This document shows positions 1 through 9,086 of a stretch of 43,086 bases of DNA, piece by piece. Made by a program: the position numbers and the translations under genes. The stretch is taken from IMG/VR virus record IMGVR_UViG_3300046710_000040, positions 1 through 43,086 of that record; one strand, 5' to 3'. The DNA comes from a virus (taxonomy: Duplodnaviria; Caudoviricetes). Under the pieces are notes generated by a model that saw nothing but the letters and a program-made list of their open reading frames with translations, searched no databases and was not told the DNA's origin. The number at the start of each line of letters is the position of its first letter. Within the stretch, counting starts at the first letter, position 1.

Positions 1-127
1 GGCTTCTTCAATCGGTTACACGGCCATGCAGGAAATGAAGTTTCAGAAGCCTATCCCTTCAGCCGTAGCAATCGCCCTGACGTTTATCATGCCACGACCC
101 AAGTCACACTATGGTACAGACAAGAAC
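1..127. repeat. Terminal direct repeat (copy 1), circular assembly overlap
   Basis: GGCTTCTTCAATCGG...CAAGAAC is identical to 42960-43086. The 127-bp length matches a common assembler k-mer. Confidence 0.95.
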
Positions 128-331
128 AGCGCGACACTGAAGGAGTCAGCGCGTCAGCAACAGCATATTTCAAAGCCGGACCTCGACAAATTGATTCGTT
201 GCGTCAAAGACGCCCTGACTTCTATCGTTTGGAATGATGACAGCCAAGTAACGGAAGTCACAGCTTCAAAGATTTACGAGTCAGCCAGCAGAGGCACAGG
301 CGTCCATATTCAGATTTCCGAAAGGAGTTGA
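1..331 (+). CDS. rusA: RusA-family Holliday junction resolvase, 3' part (gene starts at 42838 across the circular junction)
   Basis: Motifs KPDLDKLIRCVKDALT and WNDDSQV. The frame is continuous with MSLELRFFVPGVPVPKGS at 42838. Confidence 0.9.
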   Translation, partial: ASSIGYTAMQEMKFQKPIPSAVAIALTFIMPRPKSHYGTDKNSATLKESARQQQHISKPDLDKLIRCVKDALTSIVWNDDSQVTEVTASKIYESASRGTGVHIQISERS

Positions 332-334
332 CTT

Positions 335-517
335 ATGAGAAGAGGGGAACTGATACCAGATACAGAAACAGCAGTTTTAATCATCCAATCAGATAGGCCG
401 ATGATCCACGAAAAAACAGTATTGAGTGCGGCGCAGTTGAAGACCTGGCCTGTTGGAAGAATCATTGAAAAAATCAGGGAGAAGAAACTTTTTCGAGCAT
501 TACCGAATTACGCTTAA
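335..517 (+). CDS. Hypothetical protein
   Basis: ORF with AAGGAG RBS directly after rusA, followed by a terminator. Confidence 0.6.
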   Translation: MRRGELIPDTETAVLIIQSDRPMIHEKTVLSAAQLKTWPVGRIIEKIREKKLFRALPNYA

Positions 518-529
518 CAGCAGTTACCG

Positions 530-566
530 AGGCCGGCGCCGATTAAGGACGCCGGCCTTTTTATTT
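530..566 (+). terminator. Rho-independent terminator ending the rightward arm
   Basis: AGGCCGGCG-loop-CGCCGGCCT stem followed by TTTTATTT. Confidence 0.85.
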
Positions 567-686
567 AGAATTCTCCACGAAGGTGGATAACCGCACCAAG
601 CAGAAAGTCAACACCGATCATCCCACCGCCACCACTCCGGACAGTCTGGCCAGTTGCTTGCCACCCAGTGCAATTTTACCGCTATG

Positions 687-720
687 TGAAAAGGCCCCTA
701 GGCAGTAACCTAGAGGCCTT
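687..720 (-). terminator. Rho-independent terminator ending the leftward (late) arm
   Basis: Minus strand reads AAGGCCTCTAGG-TTACTG-CCTAGGGGCC-TTTTC, downstream of the lysis genes. Confidence 0.7.
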
Positions 721-767
721 CATCACTTCGCCCGCCGAGGGTAGCAAAGGGCTTTCCAAGGAAGTGA

Positions 768-941
768 TTATACCTTAGCGGTCATAGGCTTCAATGAGGC
801 CTGTAACGCAGTGAGCTGAGATGTCCTCTCCTCTGGTGTCATTGAGCTAAACGCTGCTACCATCTGATTTGTCAAAGTAACAACCGTCGGCTCCAGTGAC
901 GCTGCCAATTGTATGATTGCAATTATCTCTGCTGCGGTCAT
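768..941 (-). CDS. Small hypothetical protein (57 aa) at the end of the lysis module
   Basis: MTAAEIIAIIQLAASLEPT...KPMTAKV*. ATGA overlap with the lipoprotein gene; below the ORF-track cutoff. Confidence 0.65.
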   Translation of the reverse strand: MTAAEIIAIIQLAASLEPTVVTLTNQMVAAFSSMTPEERTSQLTALQASLKPMTAKV

Positions 942-1354
942 GGTGCAACTCCTTTGCCAATTGGCTGCTTACCTATCACCAACATCATGTTGTCGAGAAA
1001 CACTTTGTCTCCGAGAAAAGCCTGAAGTGCCTGCACATATGCAGTAACACTGGCCGGGTCTTGTTCAGCTTTAACTGCTGCCTTCAAAGCTTCACATGCA
1101 ACATTAAAGCTAGCAAGCGCCTGATTGTACGCTGTCACAGCGCTGTTGTAGTCTATCTTACTTAGCTTATCAGCAGCGTATAGGGAGTCAAGAACTCCTG
1201 GGGTTGCTTGCAACAAAGCTCCAATTGCATACAGGCTCTGCGTTGCCGCATCTTGTGCAGACACAACTGCCGGTGGTGTTGCAGGTGTACCAGACAGTGC
1301 AGCACATCCGTTAAGGGTTAGCGCCAGTAGAACTAGGAAAAGTATTCGCTTCAT
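938..1354 (-). CDS. Lipoprotein, possibly spanin-like
   Basis: MKRILFLVLLALTLNG-C lipobox; lies in the lysis cluster. Confidence 0.65.
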   Translation of the reverse strand: MKRILFLVLLALTLNGCAALSGTPATPPAVVSAQDAATQSLYAIGALLQATPGVLDSLYAADKLSKIDYNSAVTAYNQALASFNVACEALKAAVKAEQDPASVTAYVQALQAFLGDKVFLDNMMLVIGKQPIGKGVAP

Positions 1355-1535
1355 TCTGTGTATCCTCCTTTTTAGTTACTTCACTTGCAGTGATAACAGT
1401 TGCTACTGGGTGCGGGGCCAGCACTCCAGCCATCACCCCCAGCGCTCCAGTTGCGATTTCATACTTCCCAAGGTACAACCCACACAGCCCCATTGCCACC
1501 ACACCAACAGTGAACACCAACTTCCCATAGTCCAT
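1311..1535 (-). CDS. Small two-TM membrane protein, putative holin
   Basis: Two hydrophobic segments and a hydrophilic tail; near the endolysin. Confidence 0.55.
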   Translation of the reverse strand: MDYGKLVFTVGVVAMGLCGLYLGKYEIATGALGVMAGVLAPHPVATVITASEVTKKEDTQNEANTFPSSTGANP

Positions 1536-1536
1536 C

Positions 1537-1911
1537 TCACTCTCCTTTCAGGGTATATTGCAGATCAGCATCTGTGCGGTGACTTCCACCGAAGGTGCGA
1601 ACTGCTAAGAACATTAGCTTAACAAGAACTGGGTCTTCGTTAATACAAGCGAGTGCCTCTTCCAGTACAGTATCAGCCTGTTCCCTACTTACATCTTTGC
1701 ATGAGTAGAGGAAGTCATGCACAGTTGCTGGTCTGTGGGCAGTGTAGTTGAGCTCTTTTAGGCTCACAAAGTCAGTGATAAAGTTCGCGGGAACAGTAAC
1801 CATACCGAGAATATCACTCTGGTACACAAGTGGCTCCAATAGCAGCCACCGTTCAGTGTTTGGACACTCCGGTAACAACTGTACTTTTAATGCTGACTTA
1901 AATTCTGCCAT
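1537..1911 (-). CDS. DUF1353-family protein
   Basis: WLLLEPLVY...VPANFITDFVS...ATVHDFLY...READ-like...FLAVRTFG pattern. Start moved to MAEFKS (AGGGG RBS). Confidence 0.75.
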   Translation of the reverse strand: MAEFKSALKVQLLPECPNTERWLLLEPLVYQSDILGMVTVPANFITDFVSLKELNYTAHRPATVHDFLYSCKDVSREQADTVLEEALACINEDPVLVKLMFLAVRTFGGSHRTDADLQYTLKGE

Positions 1912-1999
1912 ATTTACACCCCTTACAACTTTCACTCTTTCCACAGTGGCCGTAGATCGCCAGCACTGGACAGTCATGTCGCGTCATATCTCACTCCTT

Positions 2000-2425
2000 T
2001 TACTCAATTGTTATTTTTCCAGCTTTCCATTCTCTCTGTACTGTTCTCCAGTCGGCAGACTCAACATGAGGGCGGTCAGTAATACTCTTAAAGAACATCC
2101 CAGCAACCAAGCCCATTTCGGTAGCAAGGTTCGCCATTTGCAACCATCCAGTATAGCTGTCGCTCCAATCAATATCCTGAGTGCCAGGCTTAAGGCTAGC
2201 AAGATCGGCAGCAAGACCGAAATTATGAGCGGATGAACCAGCAGGGGCTTTTGTCACAATGTTGCCTGGAGTCGTGCGCCCTTGATTGTAAAGTGTCGAC
2301 TGTTCTGCCATTGTACGCCTGCCAGCGGTTACAATCCATGTGCGGTCAGTAATACCTTCAATTGCTGTAATCAATTGCTCTATCTTGGCTTTAAATTCAG
2401 GATCAAGTGTGTCTATCTTGTTCAT
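2000..2425 (-). CDS. Endolysin, peptidase M15 (L-Ala-D-Glu peptidase-like)
   Basis: RTMAEQSTLYNQGRT, SAHNFGLAADL and DRPHVE zinc-binding motifs. Confidence 0.9.
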   Translation of the reverse strand: MNKIDTLDPEFKAKIEQLITAIEGITDRTWIVTAGRRTMAEQSTLYNQGRTTPGNIVTKAPAGSSAHNFGLAADLASLKPGTQDIDWSDSYTGWLQMANLATEMGLVAGMFFKSITDRPHVESADWRTVQREWKAGKITIE

Positions 2426-2483
2426 CTATGCCCCCATGCCCTGCCGCTGATGGTCGTTTAAGTTCCCGCAAGCTGTTAGGAAT

Positions 2484-4211
2484 TTATTGTAATTGGATGC
2501 TATTCACCGTTGTAATCGCAGACCCGCCTGTCGTTTGCGTTGAAGTAATGGAACCACCGGAGACTGTAAAAGATTGAGCTGTGCCTGTTTTTAGGCTTAT
2601 AAAAGAAGATCCTGTACTAGCGTATGAAAATAGTAGAAGTGATCCGAAATTATTGGCATCTGCATTAAACGTAACGGTTACTAGATATACGCCGTAAGTC
2701 GTTACGGTAAATATAACGGTGGGTACGCCATTGTTAGTTAGAGCCCCACCCGAACCAGATGAAATAGCTGGAGTGTCTGTGGATAGATTGGATACATTTA
2801 CAGTGTTACCTGTAATTATGTTTGTCAGTAATTGGCAACCACTACAATTTGAGTGGATTAGCACCCCGTAAGCTTGTGGACTGGGTAAAAACCTTTCTGC
2901 GGTAGTTGAAATTAAATTGTTTGATATGCTCAAGTTAACCGTGGTGTCAGCAATCAGGCCGGAGTTCCCATTATCTGTAATGGTGTTGTTTCCTACCAAT
3001 ATATTCGTACAGCCTTGCATCCATAACCCGACAAGTCCGTTAGCAAATATATTATTATTACTTACACTACCATTACGACTATTAAATAGTGATACCCCAT
3101 TTGCAGCTAAAACTCTGCCTCCTGACACCCAATTACCACTAAGCAAAAACTTTGTCTGGTTTACAAGTATTACCCCATCCGCTCCATTACTATCAATATC
3201 GTTGTCACTTAGTACCGTGTAAGTCCCAGAAGTGTGATACCCCGCATCCATCACTGCTTTAATCCCATAGTTTGTATTATTATAGATTATACATTTATCA
3301 ACCCATACAGAAGGGAAATTACTAAATATTGCCCCATAACCATTTCCAGTCACCACGCAACGCGTCACTTGCGCCCACGTTCCAATTCCATCAGTAAATG
3401 ATTCAATAAGCAAGCCGTGTGCACCTGCCCCCTGAAAGAGACTATCATCAACATACACTAGCACGGACGTCTGGATGTTCAACCCCCGCAAACCGCCATA
3501 GGTTACTATTTTTTTAGCTTTAAATAGCGAGGTAGACTGAACGCCGATGCAATCCGCGCCTGTTGACAATGCTGAATCTACCGTTATGCCTGTTATTTCT
3601 ACATTGGTTAACGAGTGCACCACCGCAGAAGTAGATGGAGCAATCAACATTACTGTGCCAGTAACACCTGTGGTAGCCTTGATAGTAGTATTGTCACCGA
3701 TTAACTGCCTACCGCTTAAATTACATACTACATTAGTGACTAGATACGTTCCACCGGTGGCGAACTTTACCTTAGAGAAAGATGTTATAGCTCTGTTAAT
3801 GGCTGTAGTAGTAGCAGCTGCATTCGTACCATTACTGTAAGCTCCGAACCATTCCGGCCTGGATTCATCTACAGACCCAGGTGCGAATATGACTGTTCCA
3901 GTTCCGGTAAATACCGTTTGAACACCAGATTCAAACGGCCCATTGACGCGGAATAGTTGTGTCGTACTGAGAGAGCCGCCCTTCTCTATTTTTAGCGTTC
4001 TATCAGCAGGCCAGCCACCAAGTGTAGACATATTAGAAAATATCTGTGGGGATGTGACTACAACGGTCTTACCTGCGGCATCCGCTCTTACTGCAGCAGA
4101 GGATAGACTTGTTGCTGTGGTGTATGATCCGTTCGGTGATACCACTAGAATAGCGGCATTAGATTGAGTGGCAAACAGTAGTGCAATAATAGTTAAAAAT
4201 ATGCTTTTCAT
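2484..4211 (-). CDS. Tailspike / right-handed beta-helix (pectin-lyase-like) protein with signal-peptide-like N-terminus
   Basis: RPEWFGA...AINRAI tailspike motif and many I/VxxNxIxxN beta-helix rungs. Start MKSIFLT (GGAGA RBS). Confidence 0.8.
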   Translation of the reverse strand: MKSIFLTIIALLFATQSNAAILVVSPNGSYTTATSLSSAAVRADAAGKTVVVTSPQIFSNMSTLGGWPADRTLKIEKGGSLSTTQLFRVNGPFESGVQTVFTGTGTVIFAPGSVDESRPEWFGAYSNGTNAAATTTAINRAITSFSKVKFATGGTYLVTNVVCNLSGRQLIGDNTTIKATTGVTGTVMLIAPSTSAVVHSLTNVEITGITVDSALSTGADCIGVQSTSLFKAKKIVTYGGLRGLNIQTSVLVYVDDSLFQGAGAHGLLIESFTDGIGTWAQVTRCVVTGNGYGAIFSNFPSVWVDKCIIYNNTNYGIKAVMDAGYHTSGTYTVLSDNDIDSNGADGVILVNQTKFLLSGNWVSGGRVLAANGVSLFNSRNGSVSNNNIFANGLVGLWMQGCTNILVGNNTITDNGNSGLIADTTVNLSISNNLISTTAERFLPSPQAYGVLIHSNCSGCQLLTNIITGNTVNVSNLSTDTPAISSGSGGALTNNGVPTVIFTVTTYGVYLVTVTFNADANNFGSLLLFSYASTGSSFISLKTGTAQSFTVSGGSITSTQTTGGSAITTVNSIQLQ

Positions 4212-4221
4212 AAAATCTCCT

Positions 4222-5034
4222 TTAATTTTGAGACCGAGTGCATACCGCAAAAAAACCAATGTCGGACGTTGATCCCGTATTAGTCCACGTGTACCCGTAA
4301 ATGGCGTTATGATTAGCTAGTGAACCCACCTGCGCTCCTACAGATGACACCACGGTTACACTACCCCCTCCTGCTAGGTAGATGGTAACTGCGCCTGTAT
4401 CATACCTATTAACCATAATCATCCCAGAGAATCCCGCAAAGTCTACAGTCCCACCAGCACCTATGTACTGCCTAGAAGGGACAGTATAGATGTTAACTAA
4501 AGGACTACTAGTAGACTTGGTTACTAACTGGACTGCTGTATCCGCACTGCCGGTTGTGTTCTGGTTGAGGGGATTTGCAACAGATATTGCCCCCGCCGTG
4601 TTAGTTATCGTTGTGCCGTCCGGTTTTACCCCTCCTAATACTGAACTTGTTGCAGTTGGAAGTGAGTAAGTCCCTGCCGGAGTTATGCAGCTTTCGGCGT
4701 TTCCTGATGCATCCACCCCCTGAGCTACGGTTACGCCTGTGCAATTTGTCCCGTTGGCCGCAAGTGCGGTTGCTGTTCCTGCGTTGCCGCTGATCGTGGT
4801 AATGGTTACGTTTGAGGAAAGAGCCTGCCCGTTGACGGTGCGGGTATCAGGCACACGGCCAATGCCTGTGTAATTGGCAAACGTAGCCGCCGGGACATAC
4901 CCTGTGCTGATATCGGTGAGGTCTGTAACGGAAGTGGTGACAAGATCCGGCTTGCCGGTCTGCGGGTTGTTTTTGTAGGTGAATGAGTAAGCAAGCGCCG
5001 GAATAAGCAAACATAATAGAAACAGTTTTTTCAT
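4222..5034 (-). CDS. Tail fibre-like protein with signal-peptide-like N-terminus
   Basis: VPDTRTVNGQALSSNVTIT and YSLPTATSSVLGGVK fibre motifs. Start MKKLFLL overlaps the upstream stop. Confidence 0.7.
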   Translation of the reverse strand: MKKLFLLCLLIPALAYSFTYKNNPQTGKPDLVTTSVTDLTDISTGYVPAATFANYTGIGRVPDTRTVNGQALSSNVTITTISGNAGTATALAANGTNCTGVTVAQGVDASGNAESCITPAGTYSLPTATSSVLGGVKPDGTTITNTAGAISVANPLNQNTTGSADTAVQLVTKSTSSPLVNIYTVPSRQYIGAGGTVDFAGFSGMIMVNRYDTGAVTIYLAGGGSVTVVSSVGAQVGSLANHNAIYGYTWTNTGSTSDIGFFAVCTRSQN

Positions 5035-5582
5035 CAAATCCCCCGATACCATACTAAACCAATCAAGCCCAGTTTTACGCACTCTCCGCCAACCGAAAGA
5101 GGGTCAAGCACAAGGGTTGTACCTACGGGCGGCGTAAGTGTCACTGTGTTGGCTGTTGAGTCTGTTTTGCATACCGTCACAATCCCCGTCGCTGGCATAG
5201 TGAACGTCTGGTTGCCTGCGGTAGCGTCAACGGGGTTCATCGTTCCATCATCGCCGGACATGATAATATTGTCGCGGTCGAACTTAGTTACGCCTGCACT
5301 GTCCTTGATAACTACACGGTAAATGCCTGAGCCGTAAACCTGCGCGGTGCCATTTGCGTCCAGCGTGTAAGGGTTAGCTGCTTGCGTGCCCATGTTGCGG
5401 TCAAGGTACACGGCTTTTGCCGTAGTAGTCCCTGGTGAATAAAAATACACTTTGCCAGCGGCAAGAGACGTTGTAGACGTTCTTACCTGCGACAATAGAA
5501 AGTCAAACTGTGTGGCGGCTTCCGTTGGGCCGCTGGTGAACAAAAGACCAGCGCAAATAATTGCAAAAAATAACCGTTTCAT
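5034..5582 (-). CDS. Tailspike head-binding/adaptor-like protein with signal-peptide-like N-terminus
   Basis: LAAGKVYFYSPGTTTAKAVYLD...NPYTLDANG...YRVVIKDSAGV resembles podovirus spike N-terminal attachment domains. Confidence 0.65.
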   Translation of the reverse strand: MKRLFFAIICAGLLFTSGPTEAATQFDFLLSQVRTSTTSLAAGKVYFYSPGTTTAKAVYLDRNMGTQAANPYTLDANGTAQVYGSGIYRVVIKDSAGVTKFDRDNIIMSGDDGTMNPVDATAGNQTFTMPATGIVTVCKTDSTANTVTLTPPVGTTLVLDPLSVGGECVKLGLIGLVWYRGI

Positions 5583-5590
5583 GGTTCCTC

Positions 5591-5899
5591 CTATTTCTTT
5601 TTATACACTGTTTCTTCAAGACCTGTTACGCGCCGATCAAGCGCGGTATCAGTTGAATTCATTTCCGTCTTGATGTTGTCAATGCGCTCTTCTATCTTCG
5701 CCATTGAGGTATTGAGTTTAGGAGCTTGCCAGATAACAGAATAAGCCATCATCCCAGATGCGATCGACACAATAGCAAAAACTGACTTTATCCACGTCAG
5801 CATACTGTTGTCTTTTTCCACCATGCCGCTATGGTCTGGGCATTTCTCGCAATCGTCCGCCCTTCTCCCTACTCCCTGCCGTTCAGTACGTTCTGCCAT
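5591..5899 (-). CDS. Single-TM coiled-coil membrane protein
   Basis: Hydrophobic segment followed by a heptad-like C-terminus. Confidence 0.55.
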   Translation of the reverse strand: MAERTERQGVGRRADDCEKCPDHSGMVEKDNSMLTWIKSVFAIVSIASGMMAYSVIWQAPKLNTSMAKIEERIDNIKTEMNSTDTALDRRVTGLEETVYKKK

Positions 5900-5912
5900 A
5901 ACATGCCCCTTT

Positions 5913-6017
5913 CTAAGCGTAGTATGTACGCTCTGGAAGTGTTTTAGGTTTAGGGGGTGCCGCTTTCGGCTTTGGGGTCTGTTTGATTGGTTTCTTAGTG
6001 GGTTTCTTGGTTGCCAT
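5913..6017 (-). CDS. Tiny K/P-rich basic peptide (34 aa)
   Basis: MATKKPTKKPIKQTPKPKAAPPKPKTLPERTYYA* with AAGGGG RBS. Confidence 0.45.
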   Translation of the reverse strand: MATKKPTKKPIKQTPKPKAAPPKPKTLPERTYYA

Positions 6018-6312
6018 TGGTTCCCCTTTTCAATACTACATGTTGTGGTTGTATTTATAAACTACCACTATATATTGTGTCTATCTTTTATAACTTCTAC
6101 ATGTTGTGTTTTGATTGTCAAAAACACTATATTTTGTGTCAATATGTTTTAGCACCCGTGAAAGCTCATTCTGTGCGGGTCGGGCCAAATAAAAGCGTTT
6201 ATTTCAAAAAGTCGTGTTATACATGAATTGCAGTGATTCAAGCCTTTAACTGCCCCAAACCTTGAAACTATCTCGTTTCAAACTTCCTCTAGTTTCTGTT
6301 GCGCAAAACCAA

Positions 6313-6459
6313 TTACTTACCCTTCTTGACTTTCGCCGCAAGCAATTTACGATCTGCGGCAATATCACGTTTCATCATAGGCGGGGTCATCTTTGCATCC
6401 GCAGATTTGTCGGCTTTAATTATTTTGGGAACGGAAACGGCTTTCATTGGCTTTTTCAT
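6313..6459 (-). CDS. Small basic protein (48 aa)
   Basis: MKKPMKAVSVPK...KVKKGK with AAGGAG RBS. Confidence 0.5.
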   Translation of the reverse strand: MKKPMKAVSVPKIIKADKSADAKMTPPMMKRDIAADRKLLAAKVKKGK

Positions 6460-6499
6460 AGTAGCTCCTTTGGGTTTTGTGCTGAGTGGGATATTGCCG

Positions 6500-9085
6500 C
6501 TATTTACTGGCATTGGATTGTCCTTGACCGGCTATTGCGCCTGACCCTGCTGTAATGTAGTTGCTGAGATATGCAGATATGCGCCGCTCTACTTCTTTTG
6601 GGGCTTGCTGTTTTGCCGCCATCATCAAAGTCTGCGCTAATTCTGGGTCGTAAAGAGCTTTTGCAACAAGCGCCGTCACTTCTTTTGAGTTAATATCTTT
6701 TAGCGCAGACAACCCTACTTTAGCAAGTTTTGCGGCACTGCTTACGCCTGGCACTTTGTCTATTATGAATCCAAGAGCATTTTGGATGCCGATGTTTTCA
6801 GCAGTGCCAGATGAACCCGACAACGGAGTTGACGCGCTGCGGCCTTGAATCTCCACGGCTTTCTGAATATTTTGCAAAGCGGCAAGCTGTTGTGGTGAAT
6901 CCCTGTAAAGCACTTTCATCGCCGGTTCATATTTTGCGAGTGCCTTTTGAATACTTGCGGAGCTGATCGCATTATCTCCGGCTATGGTTTTCTTGGTCAT
7001 TTCAATCGCATTAACGATAAAGTCCTTAAAACCGTTTTTAAGACCATCCAGCGCGGCGGGGTTATCCTTCACCTGGTCAACAAGTTTAGCCATGATAGCG
7101 CCGGTATTCTTTGCGCTCATACCCTCTGCGCCACCCATTGCGGCGGCTATGGCGTTCTGTGGGTCAGCGTTTAGCATCTTGGCGGCTACGGTCTTATTAA
7201 AGGCGGCTTCTGCGGTCTTTGCTGCGTCAAGGGCTTGATGTGCGGAGTTGACGGTGGAGAATTGGTCACGTAGACCGTATTTGTCCAAAACTGCGCCGTT
7301 TTTTTGTATCCATGACGCTAGGGCTTTTGGGTTAAGTTCTCCAGTCTGCGGGTTGCCTGCCTTGGACATAAGATCATCGGCGAAATGCCCCTCCATAGCG
7401 GTTGCGGCTTTCTTCTGCCCAACAGCGTTTATAAAGCTATCTGCACCGTCTGGGGTTGCCATCTTTTTAGCTATAAGAGCGTCCGGCACGTTTCGGCCTG
7501 TGGCTTGGTTGCCACGCCTTAAAACTTCCTCTGTCGTACCTGTCCGGTATTTATTGGCGTAATCACTGAATGCTTTACGCGCTGTTACATAATCGTTATT
7601 TGTCCCCATACTGGCTTCTATATCAGCGTCAATGCCGTTTTTGATATGTTGTAATTTGGCGGCAAGTTCCCTATTGGGATTCATACCCGTTGAAGCGTCC
7701 TGTATTTGTCGGCCTATATCTTTTCTGAGAGAGTGCAAGTCCTGAAAACCAACTTCCGCTTTTGTCGGGTCAATACTGTTTCGTATCGGGTTTCCTTGTG
7801 CATCAAGTATCTGCACCGCGCCTTTTTCCGGCTTTGCTCCTTGAAATGCTTCTTTAACTCTCGATATGGCACGGGAAGGATAAACATCCTCATCCCCCGG
7901 CCTGAATTTGCTTTCTACGTCTTTTATTGCGGCGGCTGTATTACTTGTCTGTTGTGCTGGGTTGCCTAAGTTGTCGTATTGGTCGTCAATGGCTTTTTTA
8001 GCCGGTATTCTTTCAGATTCAAGAGCATCCACCACGTTGCGCCCTGCGCTCTGGCTATCAACCGGTTTCAATCCCTGTGCCGTTCTCTGCGCGGCGATAT
8101 CGGCGGCACTCGTACCCGCTTCTAGTCCCGACTTCTTCGCGGCAATGGCTGATAAAGTATCTTCTACGCTGCCCTGTGTCGGAAATGCCGTGTCAAGTGT
8201 TCCAGAAAGTGCCTGCCGGTTGGCGGCGTTCTTCTGAGCTACAAGGTCGGCGGCGGTACCCGGTTGCGATTCCATGCCGCGCTGCAGTTTAATCAGGCCG
8301 GGATCGTTGCGAGCTTCTCCAAGTGAAGCGCGGAAACCGGGGACGTTTTGCGCCACTTCATCAGCTGCGGCGGCGTTGGATTCGTAAAGCGGTGAGGTTC
8401 CGGTGTTTTCGTTGAGTATCTGCCCAGCCGCGTCTTTTACGCCGGATTCGGTAAGTGCGGGAGTGTTGCGGTAAAGTGCGGCGCGGCCTGAGCGGTAGGC
8501 GTTAACCACTTTAGGGAGTGCGGCCTCGATAACCTTACCGGCCACCCGCCCCCCCATTTCCATAGTTGCACCTGTGCCTAAGTCTCCGGCTGTGGTTGCA
8601 AGTAATTGCCGTGGTGTTTGCATAGGGGCGTTACCGCTCCATGCGTCTACCGCGTCCATTGCGTTCTTTGCTCCGGCGTAACCTAATGCGCCACCAGCGA
8701 TTGCAGCCGGTATTGTGCCGGTTCCTAGCGTTTCGGGAGTTGCCGCCGTTCCAGCTATTAACGCTCCACCGCCTGCTCCCAAACCTTCCACAACTGGCCG
8801 AACGTATGGCATAGCAGCCTTCACGTAAGGCTTTACGGCTTCTCGTATCTTTGTGCCGGTTGTCCCTTCCTTGGCGATAAACTCCTTTTCCATGTCGGAA
8901 ACATTGCGCCCTGACTTGTCGCCACGGTATTCGGATGACTCGGCGCCCACCATCTGCAAAAACTTACCCTGCTCTGCGGTAGGTAGATTTTGGTATTCTG
9001 GTACGTATTGGCGCAGAAATGACGCTTTCTCTGCGGGGGGCAGTCTTTTGAATCCATCACCTTGAATGATTGAAGTAACGTCCAT
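6500..9085 (-). CDS. Large DNA ejection / internal virion protein
   Basis: 861 aa, Ala/Gly-rich, with GGALIAG-type hydrophobic patch. Third of three ejection-type genes as in P22-like phages. Confidence 0.65.
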   Translation of the reverse strand: MDVTSIIQGDGFKRLPPAEKASFLRQYVPEYQNLPTAEQGKFLQMVGAESSEYRGDKSGRNVSDMEKEFIAKEGTTGTKIREAVKPYVKAAMPYVRPVVEGLGAGGGALIAGTAATPETLGTGTIPAAIAGGALGYAGAKNAMDAVDAWSGNAPMQTPRQLLATTAGDLGTGATMEMGGRVAGKVIEAALPKVVNAYRSGRAALYRNTPALTESGVKDAAGQILNENTGTSPLYESNAAAADEVAQNVPGFRASLGEARNDPGLIKLQRGMESQPGTAADLVAQKNAANRQALSGTLDTAFPTQGSVEDTLSAIAAKKSGLEAGTSAADIAAQRTAQGLKPVDSQSAGRNVVDALESERIPAKKAIDDQYDNLGNPAQQTSNTAAAIKDVESKFRPGDEDVYPSRAISRVKEAFQGAKPEKGAVQILDAQGNPIRNSIDPTKAEVGFQDLHSLRKDIGRQIQDASTGMNPNRELAAKLQHIKNGIDADIEASMGTNNDYVTARKAFSDYANKYRTGTTEEVLRRGNQATGRNVPDALIAKKMATPDGADSFINAVGQKKAATAMEGHFADDLMSKAGNPQTGELNPKALASWIQKNGAVLDKYGLRDQFSTVNSAHQALDAAKTAEAAFNKTVAAKMLNADPQNAIAAAMGGAEGMSAKNTGAIMAKLVDQVKDNPAALDGLKNGFKDFIVNAIEMTKKTIAGDNAISSASIQKALAKYEPAMKVLYRDSPQQLAALQNIQKAVEIQGRSASTPLSGSSGTAENIGIQNALGFIIDKVPGVSSAAKLAKVGLSALKDINSKEVTALVAKALYDPELAQTLMMAAKQQAPKEVERRISAYLSNYITAGSGAIAGQGQSNASK

Positions 9086-9086
9086 A

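Noticed and set aside
1-127. 127-bp terminal repeat as a biological terminal repeat or att site
   Set aside because: It falls in the middle of rusA and its length matches a typical assembly k-mer overlap.
2484-5582. Diversity-generating retroelement or invertible tail-fibre switch
   Set aside because: No reverse transcriptase, invertase, or template/variable repeat pair seen.
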